From Blautia sp. (GTDB lineage: Bacteria > Bacillota > Clostridia > Lachnospirales > Lachnospiraceae), in contig JBMNRL010000016.1 in the NCBI GenBank assembly GCA_050944615.1, forward strand, positions 4,262-68,261: a DNA stretch of 64,000 nucleotides. The letters are read 5' to 3'. Numbering within the stretch: the stretch's first letter is position 1; the number at the start of each line of letters is the position of its first letter. The translations under genes and the position numbers were made by a program. Of the stretch, positions 1-9,634 are shown piece by piece. The notes under the pieces were generated by a model, which saw nothing but the letters and a program-made list of their open reading frames with translations, did not search any database and was not told the DNA's origin.

Positions 1-13
1 TCACTCACTTTGA

Positions 14-3000
14 TTAACCTGGCCAATAAGCAACTTCTGAATCCACATAACGGGAATCCTCACCCGCCAAAGCAGAAAGTTCAAAATAATCCATAAAACG
101 ATTCTCATCTAAATACGGCAATTCCAAGCTATATTGCCAGCTGCCGCTCGATGCATCATAACTAGTAGAAAGAATTACCATCTCTTGATCATTTACATGA
201 ATCCAAAGTTCAGAAACATCTTCATTTTTAATTGCCCATGTTCCATTGCTGAACCCATTCACCAGAAAATCCACATTATACGTGCCACTACTATCCTTCC
301 GCGTGCTTATCACCATCTCATAGGTATTTCCATCATTACCTGGTATCCGTAATCTGTAATAATCCGCTTTATAATCTGTATTCCATGAAATTATCGTATT
401 CACTTGTGCGGTATCCGTTATTACAGCTTCAGGTGTATCCAACTGAACAGATGGTATTTTACAGAAATAAGTTTCTGACCAGGGGGAGGTTAAGCCATTG
501 GAACGTTTTCGCACATTGATGCCAATATAATACTGTCCGGAATATACCCAAAGCTCTTCGGGATCAAACGAATAAAATGCATTGGACAACGTATTACCTT
601 CCATCTCCAATATATAGTTATTTTTTCCTTCCATGTCCGGTATTTTATTCTGTAGCAATGCCACAGGTTCTGCCTCTGCCGAAGGGAAAGCATAAATTCC
701 GGCTTGCAGCTGATAAGAACCATCATCAGATTCCTCTGATCGAACATTGGCGTCTAATACCATACTCCGAAACTCATTTTCCTGCAGAATAACTTCATTA
801 TCATTTTCTAGCTGCGATTCATTTAGTGTAAAAAACACATCCGTTGGTGCTTCTAAACTCTGATCTCCACCAGGCTCATAATCTCCGGAAAAATCCGTGT
901 TATATAAATATTTATCAACACCTTGATAGATCTCGATAGTCGTCGCTAAAGCATGAGGAGAAAGCTGCATACCGCTTACCCTTCCTCCGACTTCTGAAGT
1001 ATAACAGCCACAATAGCTTTCATTCCCAGACACCTGAAGATAGCGAATATTTAAAGCTTCGCCTGCGCCATAGTTTCTATTATTCTGCACATTGCCCGAC
1101 TCTGAATTAAATCTCACCTCCCAGATACCCGGACGCACAACATTCCACCAATTTATACTGTCATACCCCTCTATCTGTATGGTCAGAACATCTGTTTTTA
1201 AAGGATTCTCATTATCAACTCTCAAATCTGTCTGAATTTCTCTATGGGAGTTCACGAATGAATTACATTTGATAGTTTTTCCCAGGACATTATTGTTATC
1301 GGTCGCCTCTGCCCCCTTATGTATAGAATATTCAATTTCTTTCATGTACTGACTTCCATACCAATCTATCGTTATATCCGAAATGTCACACATTCTTTCA
1401 AAATAAAATGTAATTGACATACTCCTGTCCGCAACCAAAATGGAAACTTCATAGCGCGTATCACTGGACTGGTCAACCATTTTTCCTTTTACATAATAAT
1501 TAGATAACCATTCCCACGAAGCACGAGGTGCATCAATGCGAGCCAATTCCACATCACTGCTCGGCTCAATAAAATAGTAATTCTTTTCATCCTGAACCAG
1601 ATTTTCCGGTCCAATCTTGTCCTCCGTCTGCAATGTATACCGTGTAATAGGATTCATCACATCCGATACACCATAAGAATTGGTAATAGAGGTTTTGGTA
1701 TTCAAATGTTCTACCCGGCTACCCAAAATCCCACCAAATACCGCCTCATAGGCTGCCGGTTCTGTTTCATCAATCTCCGTAGGTTTTCCGTAATTTCTAC
1801 ATTTATCAATCAACAGCTTTGTACTGTTTGAACTGTTATCTGCATTATGCGCCCCCACAATACCACCGGTATTAAAACCAGCCTGAATATTCATACGGTT
1901 TCTGCAGTCAAACACTTTTCCGTCCTTACCCCGCCATAGACCCACGATACCGCCTCTGATATTATCTTCTCCATCAGAATACAAATTACCACGGCTCATA
2001 CAACCACTAATCGCCATTCCTTCGTCAGCATTTTCATCCACAATTCCAGCAAGGCCTCCTGTAACACCGCCAAAAGCTTGAAGATTTTTAATATTCCCCC
2101 AGAAATAACCATCAATGATATCACCGCATGTCATACCTGCCAGGCCGCCGGCATAATCTGCATTTATTTCAACCGGTTCCTGACCTTGATTTTTTGAGGA
2201 TAACTGCACATTTACATCCTCTATTGTTCCCAAATTTTTTCCACAGAGCATACCTGCATATGTATATGTAGAACCACTATCAACTATCTTTACATCTTCA
2301 ATACCAACATTTTTTATCGTACCTTGGTTGTTACCAAAAAGACCTACGGAATCTGATAAATCACTACGAAAGATGAAATTTTTCAATTTCCTACTATTTC
2401 CATTAAATACACTCCCCTTATTTATCACTGGAATACTCAGAAATGCACTATTACCAGTTTCATTAAATACTTCCCCCTTTTCAACTGTATCTTTCCAATC
2501 AATCTCTTTTGTTAAAACATAAGTATTACTTGCATCCTTATTTTCAATAAACCGTATATTATACAAATGCCTGGCACAGCTAATACTGTATACTGATCCA
2601 CTTGCATCTTCCATTGTCGGTTGAAACACGGAAGATTTTTTTTCATCCTTATCTTTTTCTATTTCTGAAAACTCACCAATAAATACAGCCACCTTTATGA
2701 TTATTGGTTCTGATACATTTAAATTAGATATTCTGCCAATGTTATAAGTATCCTGAGAATCAGACAAGTCAATTGCATCCAGTACCAGATGAATTTCTCC
2801 ATCCTTTACATAAATACGGCTTTTATAGTCTTTTAAACTTCCATCCGCTGAATAGCATTTCACCGGCACGGTTTGAGACATATCTTGCCCTAAAAAATAA
2901 AACTCATCCTTTAAATCCGTACCTGTCTGATCATAAAACTGCACTCTATAATTATACTTCTTTGGTGTATCAATTTTTACTTGCGGACTAGAATTCCGTT

Positions 3001-3718
3001 CAATTAAATGCCAAGAAGCTTCCAAGATATTTTGGCCATCCACATCGATATTACTGATATTTGCTGGTTTTGTCTTTGGAGTAATATTCGCTCCTTTTAC
3101 AGACTCCGCACCATAATACCCCAAATATAATGCCTTCCTGGCAGTATCCCAATCCGCCGCTGCTGGATCACCGATTCCCATCGTATTATCAGCTTCATTT
3201 TTCTGAAGATTCCCTGAAACTAATTGATTGACTCTGTCGCAATAATAAACTGCTGTCACATTGCCATTATCCTTCTGAAATTCAATGCGAATGGCCGCAT
3301 TGAAAACCGTTTTATCCGCCACGTAGTCTTTTAGAAGTTGGTAGAAACTATTATTGAGTAAATCTTCTGCTGCCGGAGTATTCTTATTCGCTTCAATTAC
3401 ATCCTTATACTCGTTCTTGGTCATTTCTACAAATAGAATAGAATCATCACCCAGAGTGACTTCTTGCAAGTCTGATGCTTTTGTCAGCTCATCCAGACTA
3501 CCGCCTGTCTTGTAATAAGACAAGGCGGATTGAGCCGCAGAAAAAATGGTACGGGCGTAGTCATTGTTCTTCTTAAAATTGGAATACTGCTGGTATTTTA
3601 CGATACTTCCGCCGCCAATGCCTAATAAGAGCAGCAAAATCACTCCGGTGACCACTAATTCCACCAGAGTAAAGCCTTTTCTATTCTCTTTTTTCCGTAT
3701 TTGCTTTGTTGGCAGCAT
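14..3718 (-). CDS. Very large type IV prepilin-like protein (class III signal peptide) with a ~1200 aa extracellular multidomain region
   Basis: N-terminus RKG|FTLVELVVTGVILLLLLGIGGG matches the prepilin G|FxxxE motif. The middle has repeated GG(L/I)(A/V)G (GLUG-like) motifs. The distal region resembles beta-sandwich/FN3 folds by eye. Lies 16 nt after the upstream pilin stop. Confidence 0.85.
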   Translation of the reverse strand: MLPTKQIRKKENRKGFTLVELVVTGVILLLLLGIGGGSIVKYQQYSNFKKNNDYARTIFSAAQSALSYYKTGGSLDELTKASDLQEVTLGDDSILFVEMTKNEYKDVIEANKNTPAAEDLLNNSFYQLLKDYVADKTVFNAAIRIEFQKDNGNVTAVYYCDRVNQLVSGNLQKNEADNTMGIGDPAAADWDTARKALYLGYYGAESVKGANITPKTKPANISNIDVDGQNILEASWHLIERNSSPQVKIDTPKKYNYRVQFYDQTGTDLKDEFYFLGQDMSQTVPVKCYSADGSLKDYKSRIYVKDGEIHLVLDAIDLSDSQDTYNIGRISNLNVSEPIIIKVAVFIGEFSEIEKDKDEKKSSVFQPTMEDASGSVYSISCARHLYNIRFIENKDASNTYVLTKEIDWKDTVEKGEVFNETGNSAFLSIPVINKGSVFNGNSRKLKNFIFRSDLSDSVGLFGNNQGTIKNVGIEDVKIVDSGSTYTYAGMLCGKNLGTIEDVNVQLSSKNQGQEPVEINADYAGGLAGMTCGDIIDGYFWGNIKNLQAFGGVTGGLAGIVDENADEGMAISGCMSRGNLYSDGEDNIRGGIVGLWRGKDGKVFDCRNRMNIQAGFNTGGIVGAHNADNSSNSTKLLIDKCRNYGKPTEIDETEPAAYEAVFGGILGSRVEHLNTKTSITNSYGVSDVMNPITRYTLQTEDKIGPENLVQDEKNYYFIEPSSDVELARIDAPRASWEWLSNYYVKGKMVDQSSDTRYEVSILVADRSMSITFYFERMCDISDITIDWYGSQYMKEIEYSIHKGAEATDNNNVLGKTIKCNSFVNSHREIQTDLRVDNENPLKTDVLTIQIEGYDSINWWNVVRPGIWEVRFNSESGNVQNNRNYGAGEALNIRYLQVSGNESYCGCYTSEVGGRVSGMQLSPHALATTIEIYQGVDKYLYNTDFSGDYEPGGDQSLEAPTDVFFTLNESQLENDNEVILQENEFRSMVLDANVRSEESDDGSYQLQAGIYAFPSAEAEPVALLQNKIPDMEGKNNYILEMEGNTLSNAFYSFDPEELWVYSGQYYIGINVRKRSNGLTSPWSETYFCKIPSVQLDTPEAVITDTAQVNTIISWNTDYKADYYRLRIPGNDGNTYEMVISTRKDSSGTYNVDFLVNGFSNGTWAIKNEDVSELWIHVNDQEMVILSTSYDASSGSWQYSLELPYLDENRFMDYFELSALAGEDSRYVDSEVAYWPG

Positions 3719-3734
3719 TTTTAATTCCCCGATT

Positions 3735-4610
3735 CTATTTTCCCGGTGTCCATGGCCCCTGATCTTTTATTTCCACCCAAGGGTAGCTTCCCGGTTTTGC
3801 TCCAAAAGTCTTCTCTTTTGCCGCATAATATTTTCCCTGATAATATGCTACTGTTCCTGCTGAATAATTATTTTTCACTTCATCCTTTTCATAGTTAACA
3901 ATATTATCTAAATCAAGTACCACATATTCCGCATTTTTCCCTTGACTCATCCCTTGAATCTTATCATGATTCTCGTTGAAATATTCCAGCGGAAGCTTCG
4001 TATTCAGCATCATTATATAATCTCCATTTTTATCTCTGAAAACCGTATAACGACTCCACTCCCCTACATAATCTCCTGATTTTAAACCCATCGCATAATT
4101 CCATAACCCTTCAAAGTCACCGGCAAACTTTTTAAAATCTTCATCAGCATCATCCTTAGTCCCTGGTTCTGGATCCGTACCTCCAGATCCTCCACCGCTG
4201 CCACCCCCATCATCTATATCCCCCGGATTTGCAGGATCTACAGGAGGAATCCCCTCACCTGCATCTGCTAATATCGTAAAATGACTCTCTTTATGATCTG
4301 GTTCCTCACAAAAAATCTCGTTCTTCGCAGCATTCAAATAATATCTTTTTCCAGAAGGACATGTCATATCTTCATCAGAGATGGAATTCCAGTATTCCTC
4401 CGGTGTCTCTCCATCCAACAGCGCCGTCTCCAGCCCGTAAATCAATGCACTGCGTTTTGCCTCACATTGATCCGCTTTCTTCTTCTCTATGTACTTCATA
4501 CCCGCCGGTACGGTAATGGCCATCAAAATAGACAAAATGACGCAGACCACCACCAATTCAATGAGGGTAAAACCTTTTTGATTTTTTATACGATGTAATC
4601 TATTTTTCAT
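3735..4610 (-). CDS. Type IV prepilin-like protein with Gly/Ser/Pro linker and putative C-terminal CBM5/12-like module
   Basis: Start moved to ATG 4610 (MKNRLH), preceded by AGGAG. Has KG|FTLIELVVVCVIL, a small Cys-containing pilin head (CPSGKRY...C), a GGGSGGGSGG linker, and C-terminal YSAGTVAYYQGKYYAA...PGSYPW. Confidence 0.85.
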   Translation of the reverse strand: MKNRLHRIKNQKGFTLIELVVVCVILSILMAITVPAGMKYIEKKKADQCEAKRSALIYGLETALLDGETPEEYWNSISDEDMTCPSGKRYYLNAAKNEIFCEEPDHKESHFTILADAGEGIPPVDPANPGDIDDGGGSGGGSGGTDPEPGTKDDADEDFKKFAGDFEGLWNYAMGLKSGDYVGEWSRYTVFRDKNGDYIMMLNTKLPLEYFNENHDKIQGMSQGKNAEYVVLDLDNIVNYEKDEVKNNYSAGTVAYYQGKYYAAKEKTFGAKPGSYPWVEIKDQGPWTPGK

Positions 4611-4686
4611 GGCATTTTCTCCTGGCACAGATATTTTGGGGCCCCGCTTGTACACACTGTCTCATCATCAGGAACACTTTGTTATT

Positions 4687-4715
4687 ATCATACTATTCTA
4701 TCCTGAAAAAGTCCA
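4687..4715 (-). promoter_or_regulatory. Putative sigmaA promoter of the pilin genes
   Basis: TGGACT-N17-TATGAT on the minus strand, about 75 nt upstream of ATG 4610. Confidence 0.5.
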
Positions 4716-4935
4716 CAAAATTGGCAAATTTCAACAGAAATTACACGGAATTTTCACAAAACCGGCCGAACATCCTAAAATCACAGAACACAGAAAAAAT
4801 CCTGCATGGGGTTTCCCATCTGCAACAGGCCATATAAGCAACCTAATTCCACTCCTCTGCCATTCCACACTGCTAGAAGTACTATTTTCATTTTGTTAGA
4901 GTAGCTAAAAAACTTTCCACTCAAACAAAGAACAC

Positions 4936-4975
4936 CCCCATAGGAATCCGAACCATTCTTTGAATTCCTATGGGG
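4936..4975 (-). terminator. Intrinsic terminator after the NlpC/P60 gene
   Basis: Inverted repeat CCCCATAGGAAT...ATTCCTATGGGG followed by a T-rich tract on the minus strand. Confidence 0.7.
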
Positions 4976-4988
4976 ATGTAACAACCAA

Positions 4989-6758
4989 TTACTCTTTCGT
5001 CTTCAACAACTGCTTCCAGTCATTCTTTTCCGCAACAGTGTTGCTCGTCTTTTCTTTTTCCTTCTTAATCTGATTCAGCTCTTCCTCTGTCGGATAGCAG
5101 GCTGGCCGACGGATATAACGGAAGGATGCGGAATAAGCTTCCCCCACAGTCACACCGTTTTTGCTGGATGAACAATGTACCGCAATCCAGTCCCCACTGT
5201 CTGTCTGGCCACAAATAATACCTACGTGGTTATCACTGCCGCCTTCCGGGCCTCTCTGGAAAACCAGGTCGCCAGGCTGTGCCTCTGCTTCACTGATCGT
5301 CAGGGCACTGTTCCACTGATCCGTGGTACCATCTCCGATCTGTGCAGCCATAGAAGTATCCCAATAGCCATTATTAAATGCCCAAGTCACAAATCCGCTG
5401 CAATCTAAGCCGTAAGATCTTAAGGAACCAGTAGTCCTGCTTCCCGCAGCATCTACCTGTACAGCACTGCCCCAGGCAGAATCCCATCCCAAGGCATTGG
5501 ATTTACCGCCCCAGAAATAACCGATCTTTCCGATCAGGGAATAAGCCGCTGTGATCACATTGACGCGTTCCTCAGATACCTCTTCTCCCACGCTCTGACG
5601 GACAAAGCCCTTGGCATCGGTAACTGTCGCACACAAAAGTTTACAGTCTGTCTCTACATATTTTTTCAGGATCGCCCGATCCTTCTTCGCAATTTTCTCT
5701 TCTTTTATGTAATAATTGATATGGCGGTTACCGTAGCTTACCTTGGTGATATCTTTTTTGTCACGCACCACCGGATTCATCATAGCAAAAATTTCTGCCA
5801 AATCTTTTTTCGCACCGGCATCCAGCTTATAAGATGTCTTGCCTTCTTTATTCTGCTGGTAAATATAAATAGCCAAAATATCCTGCCAATTGCGCACCAG
5901 TAAGGTATCTCTGGAAGAAGTCACCTCGCTGTTCCTGCGGTCACAGTCATCCTGAAGCTTGTTGGCCGCTTTGTATTCTTGTTCAATTTCTTCCATTACC
6001 TGGGCAAAATCATCGGAAAATTCCAAATTGTAATTTTCCTTCAAGCTGTCCAGATAAAAATCCTTGCCCGCATGGAGATTGGAAACTGCATTGCCCAAAT
6101 ACACCGGGTTGCCTTCCAGCACATTGGTCTTACCCTCTTCACTATCCACGTTCTGGAAATCATCTCCGGCATTAGGATCTTTGGTTTCCTCCAATTGGTG
6201 GTTCGCTTCTTCCTTCTTCAGAAGATCCAGTGTTTCTTCCGCTTGAAGCAGGATATCATAATTTGTCACTAAAAATTTATCATCTTCTGATAGGGTCTCA
6301 TAAATGGAACGAATCTCTTTGATGCGGTCCTCTGACTCTAATGTCACCTCTCCCAGACTGTCAAGCTGCGCGATCACCCAGGCGATCCTTGCCTCGGCCG
6401 GATCATCTGGCTGCGGCGTTGGTGTCTCTGTTGGATCTGGTGACGGCGTTACTGTAGGCTCCGGGGTCGGGGTTGGCGTCTCCGTCGGTTCCGGCGTCGG
6501 TGTCTCACTTGGCTCCGGGGTAGGAGTCTCGGTTGGTTCCGGAGTTGGCGTCTCCGTCGGTTCCGGTGACGGCGTCTCACTTGGTGTAGGTGAAACCTCA
6601 CCATTATCAAAGCCTTCATCGCCAGTCTCAAATCCGGTGTTCTCATCCGCCAACGTCATTGTACCATCCATCGCTGCCATTGCTGATGCCGGACTGGACA
6701 ATACCATCATAGAGATCATCGTTATGCATAAAATTTTCGTCAGATATTTGTTCTTCAT
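4989..6758 (-). CDS. Secreted NlpC/P60 (C40) peptidase with Pro/Thr/Glu-rich linker
   Basis: Signal peptide, PTETP/PEPTETP tandem repeats, C-terminal [12 protein letters not shown]...HVGI...H catalytic motifs. Confidence 0.88.
   Translation of the reverse strand: MKNKYLTKILCITMISMMVLSSPASAMAAMDGTMTLADENTGFETGDEGFDNGEVSPTPSETPSPEPTETPTPEPTETPTPEPSETPTPEPTETPTPTPEPTVTPSPDPTETPTPQPDDPAEARIAWVIAQLDSLGEVTLESEDRIKEIRSIYETLSEDDKFLVTNYDILLQAEETLDLLKKEEANHQLEETKDPNAGDDFQNVDSEEGKTNVLEGNPVYLGNAVSNLHAGKDFYLDSLKENYNLEFSDDFAQVMEEIEQEYKAANKLQDDCDRRNSEVTSSRDTLLVRNWQDILAIYIYQQNKEGKTSYKLDAGAKKDLAEIFAMMNPVVRDKKDITKVSYGNRHINYYIKEEKIAKKDRAILKKYVETDCKLLCATVTDAKGFVRQSVGEEVSEERVNVITAAYSLIGKIGYFWGGKSNALGWDSAWGSAVQVDAAGSRTTGSLRSYGLDCSGFVTWAFNNGYWDTSMAAQIGDGTTDQWNSALTISEAEAQPGDLVFQRGPEGGSDNHVGIICGQTDSGDWIAVHCSSSKNGVTVGEAYSASFRYIRRPACYPTEEELNQIKKEKEKTSNTVAEKNDWKQLLKTKE
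6395..6590 (-). repeat. Coding tandem repeats (about 24-nt PEPTETPT units)
   Basis: Translation [58 protein letters not shown]; coordinates approximate. Confidence 0.8.
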
Positions 6759-6956
6759 CCTAAAAGATTGCTCCCTTCAGTCTCATGCAGCCTTTATCCC
6801 CTCGATATAAAGACTTCCCTCTTGTGCTGTTCCTTACTATCATGTAAATCATTCTATTGCGGATACGCATATCCGACACCGTCTATCAGGCACATGACCG
6901 ACCATAATTATGCAGATAATTTTAACACAAAATGCTTTCAAAATCAACTAAAAGCA

Positions 6957-6988
6957 GGAGCTTTATTGTAAATATTCAATAAAGCTCC
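6957..6988 (-). terminator. Intrinsic terminator
   Basis: GGAGCTTTATTG...CAATAAAGCTCC 12-bp stem just after the stop at 6995. Confidence 0.75.
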
Positions 6989-6994
6989 CCCGCC

Positions 6995-7591
6995 CTATGC
7001 ATATTGTAAGACGATTCCTGCACGCTGATATCGTGCTGCCAACAGACGGAACATCCCTTGTACCACCTGATAGCACACCCGCAGAATAAACGCTATGTCA
7101 TCCTTCACATTGCGCTCTTTGCTCAAATATTGTCTGTGGTTCCTCTGTATATATACCAGAATTTCCTGAAGGCTTTTGAAATCTTCATCTTCCTTCACAT
7201 GGTTCCAAGCCTGTCCGCTGGCGATATATGTCTTCAGACCGTTTTTTAATTCTTTTTCATACTGTCCGTGTTCTAACAGAGTTCCTCCATAGGTTTCATT
7301 ATGAGGAAATGTAAAATAATCAGCCACATAGTGGATCACTTCCCCCAGTCTGCGCCAGTATACTCTCTCATTTCTCTCATAAAGGTCACAGTCCACGGTC
7401 AGATCCCGCATCCTCTCTCCCACCTGCGCAAAAGTCCCGTTAAACTCATGCTTTGTGGTCAAAAAAGACGGCTTCATGTCAGGAAGGATACTCCCCAGAC
7501 AAAAGGCTTTCCGGTGTGACTGCAATTCATCTGCGGCTACCATCTGGTCTGCCAGATATCTTGCCAGCAGAATATGTGATTTTTTTCTCAA
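6995..7591 (-). CDS. Zinc-dependent phospholipase C family protein (no signal peptide)
   Basis: KKSH, GSILPD, LGEVIHYVADYFTFPHN and H..YE metal-ligand pattern. Probable TTG start at 7591 after GGGAGG. Confidence 0.75.
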   Translation of the reverse strand: MRKKSHILLARYLADQMVAADELQSHRKAFCLGSILPDMKPSFLTTKHEFNGTFAQVGERMRDLTVDCDLYERNERVYWRRLGEVIHYVADYFTFPHNETYGGTLLEHGQYEKELKNGLKTYIASGQAWNHVKEDEDFKSLQEILVYIQRNHRQYLSKERNVKDDIAFILRVCYQVVQGMFRLLAARYQRAGIVLQYA

Positions 7592-7733
7592 AGTTGGTTC
7601 CTCCCATTGAGTCCCTGTCCGCAACAAAATTAATTCTACGCCAATCCCCCGGAAAATGCAAGCCGTTTGCCCCGGCTAAAAATGAAATTTTCGTGAATTG
7701 GAGAGGAGAAACCGATATAAATCTTCAATTTAT

Positions 7734-9113
7734 TTATTCAAAATAGCTTCCGCTCTTATAATGAGGTGTAAATACCAGCTTATTACCTTCTGGAGAAACA
7801 TTTGTCTCAAAAAACGCATCTGCTGTCGCTTCCTGATCCGGCTGCCAGGATTCAATCTGACTGATCCAACCTCCGCCAATGATATTTCCATCGTTGTCAA
7901 TCACAGAAATATCTGTTCCAAAATATTCAAAAGTTCTATTTGTCATATTCTTCATTTTGATTTTATATGTTTTGTAGCCCCATTCGTCTTCCTCCGAAGT
8001 AATTGTAAAACCCTCCGTCATTTTATTAATAGATTCCTTAAACTCAAGCTGTTCACTCGCAGCAGAAGCGTCTATAAGAATATCATCCAGTGTTTTTTGG
8101 TATTTTTTACTTACAGTCAAACCATATTCCTTGACAAATTTACTGATGAGCATTGCCCTTTTCATATAAATGGAATCCCATTTCTGACTATATGTATTAT
8201 AATCAATCTTAAAGTATTTTAATGATTCCTTAGATTCACGGATGTAATCAATATATTTTTTTGCATCTTCTTGCAATTCTTTACTTTCAAATGACTGATC
8301 ATAAAATTTTTCAATTTCTTTCAGCTCCAGATCACATGACACATTAAATCTATCCTGTTCTGACCCATAATATCCCTGAGCATCATATTCATCATTTTTT
8401 TCCCAGCGTTTTCTCAATCCTTTTGCCAAAGCATTGAGAAACTGTCCATCCACAGTCTGGGCATACTTGCATTTTTCACAGAACTCCATAGACTGCTTAT
8501 AATCCCCTAAGTCTGCATATATCACTTCTGCATCTTTATATTTTTCTTTATTAAACATTGTACGTGCCATCAAATAGTAGGATTCATTCTTTTTTTCCTG
8601 CGCATTTCCGTACTCGCCCAGTTCATCATAAATTTTAACCGCTTCTTCATAGTTTAGTTTATTGAACAGCTCATCAGCAATTTTCATCCGGCATTCTCTA
8701 TATTTTTCATTTGCATTTTTATAATCCCCCAACTGATTAAATAATACTGAAGCTTCTGTATAATTTTTATCAGATAATAATTTCTCTGCCTGACCATATG
8801 TTCTCATATTATTTGTTGCAAAGAAAATGATACCACCCACAACCACTGTAATCACTGCAAAGATTCCTATAATTTTCCCAAACTTTCTGGATCGTCTCTG
8901 TTTTAAAACCTGGTCATTTTGAGCATCTGCCTTGCCAGAGTCCTCTGGGATGCCCATAAGAATTTCAGAATCGTTCTCCGCTTCTACTATAATGGACTTC
9001 TCCCCGTCTTTATCTTCAACCTTAATCTTCTTTACCGGATACCCACAATTCGGACATGACTCCGCCTGGTCACTGATTGCCTTCCCACATTCTGGACATT
9101 TCATAAGTGTCAT
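7734..9113 (-). CDS. Zinc-ribbon membrane protein with TPR-like helical repeats and C-terminal FxLYD-like domain
   Basis: CPECG...CPNCG ribbon, one TM segment, LGDYK/LGEYG helical repeats. RBS GGGAGG. Visibly AT-rich. Confidence 0.75.
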   Translation of the reverse strand: MTLMKCPECGKAISDQAESCPNCGYPVKKIKVEDKDGEKSIIVEAENDSEILMGIPEDSGKADAQNDQVLKQRRSRKFGKIIGIFAVITVVVGGIIFFATNNMRTYGQAEKLLSDKNYTEASVLFNQLGDYKNANEKYRECRMKIADELFNKLNYEEAVKIYDELGEYGNAQEKKNESYYLMARTMFNKEKYKDAEVIYADLGDYKQSMEFCEKCKYAQTVDGQFLNALAKGLRKRWEKNDEYDAQGYYGSEQDRFNVSCDLELKEIEKFYDQSFESKELQEDAKKYIDYIRESKESLKYFKIDYNTYSQKWDSIYMKRAMLISKFVKEYGLTVSKKYQKTLDDILIDASAASEQLEFKESINKMTEGFTITSEEDEWGYKTYKIKMKNMTNRTFEYFGTDISVIDNDGNIIGGGWISQIESWQPDQEATADAFFETNVSPEGNKLVFTPHYKSGSYFE

Positions 9114-9455
9114 AAGAAATTTCCTCCCTCATCTTACATTAATTTTACTTATATTATATTTGTTTTTGCGAATATATTCAACCATTAGAATATATTTTAT
9201 AATTAATTTAATCAATAGCAAGTATATACAACAAAATGATCGACTATTTCCCTTTATCGATAGCATTAAAAAAATCATCTGAAAATTTATACACTTTAGC
9301 AAACAAATTTTATATATCGAACGCTACCTTATATAGATTAAAAAATAACAAGGATGTATCCACAAAAATATCGAACGACCAATGCCGGATGTGAGACTGC
9401 AACATTTCGAGCTTCGTCAGCTATGTTCTTTCTGACAAGGACCAGTTTTTATAAA

Positions 9456-9540
9456 CACAAGAAAAAATCACCTGCGGTGAGATGCTTACGCAGTATCTTT
9501 CCATTCTGGGACAGTGTGGTCCCGCACGAAGTGCTCTTTG
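9456..9540 (-). repeat. Diverged copy of the terminator-associated palindromic repeat
   Basis: Aligns by eye to 49726-49868 (plus strand CACCTGCGGTG...CAGTGTGGTCCCGCACGAAGTGC); lies just downstream of the metA terminator. Confidence 0.7.
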
Positions 9541-9582
9541 ATTGGGTAAGATCGTACAGAGAATTTTCCTCCCAAACGAAAA

Positions 9583-9617
9583 GACCCCATAAACGGATAT
9601 CGTCCGTCTATGGGATC
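9583..9617 (-). terminator. metA terminator
   Basis: GACCCCATAAACGGA/TCCGTCTATGGGATC imperfect stem followed by TTTT on the minus strand. Confidence 0.65.
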
Positions 9618-9634
9618 CCTTATTCCTTCCTATA

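Noticed and set aside
4620-4900. c-di-GMP riboswitch upstream of the pilin genes
   Set aside because: No class I (GCAAA..GAAA..GACGCAAAGC) or class II pattern visible
4936-4975. Membership of this ATAGGAA/TTCCTAT hairpin in the repeat family
   Set aside because: Shares only a 7-nt core and is adequately explained as the NlpC terminator
6780-6950. Riboswitch (e.g. c-di-AMP) in the NlpC/P60 leader
   Set aside because: Only a small CGGATA-CGCA-TATCCG hairpin (6860-6875); no recognisable aptamer consensus
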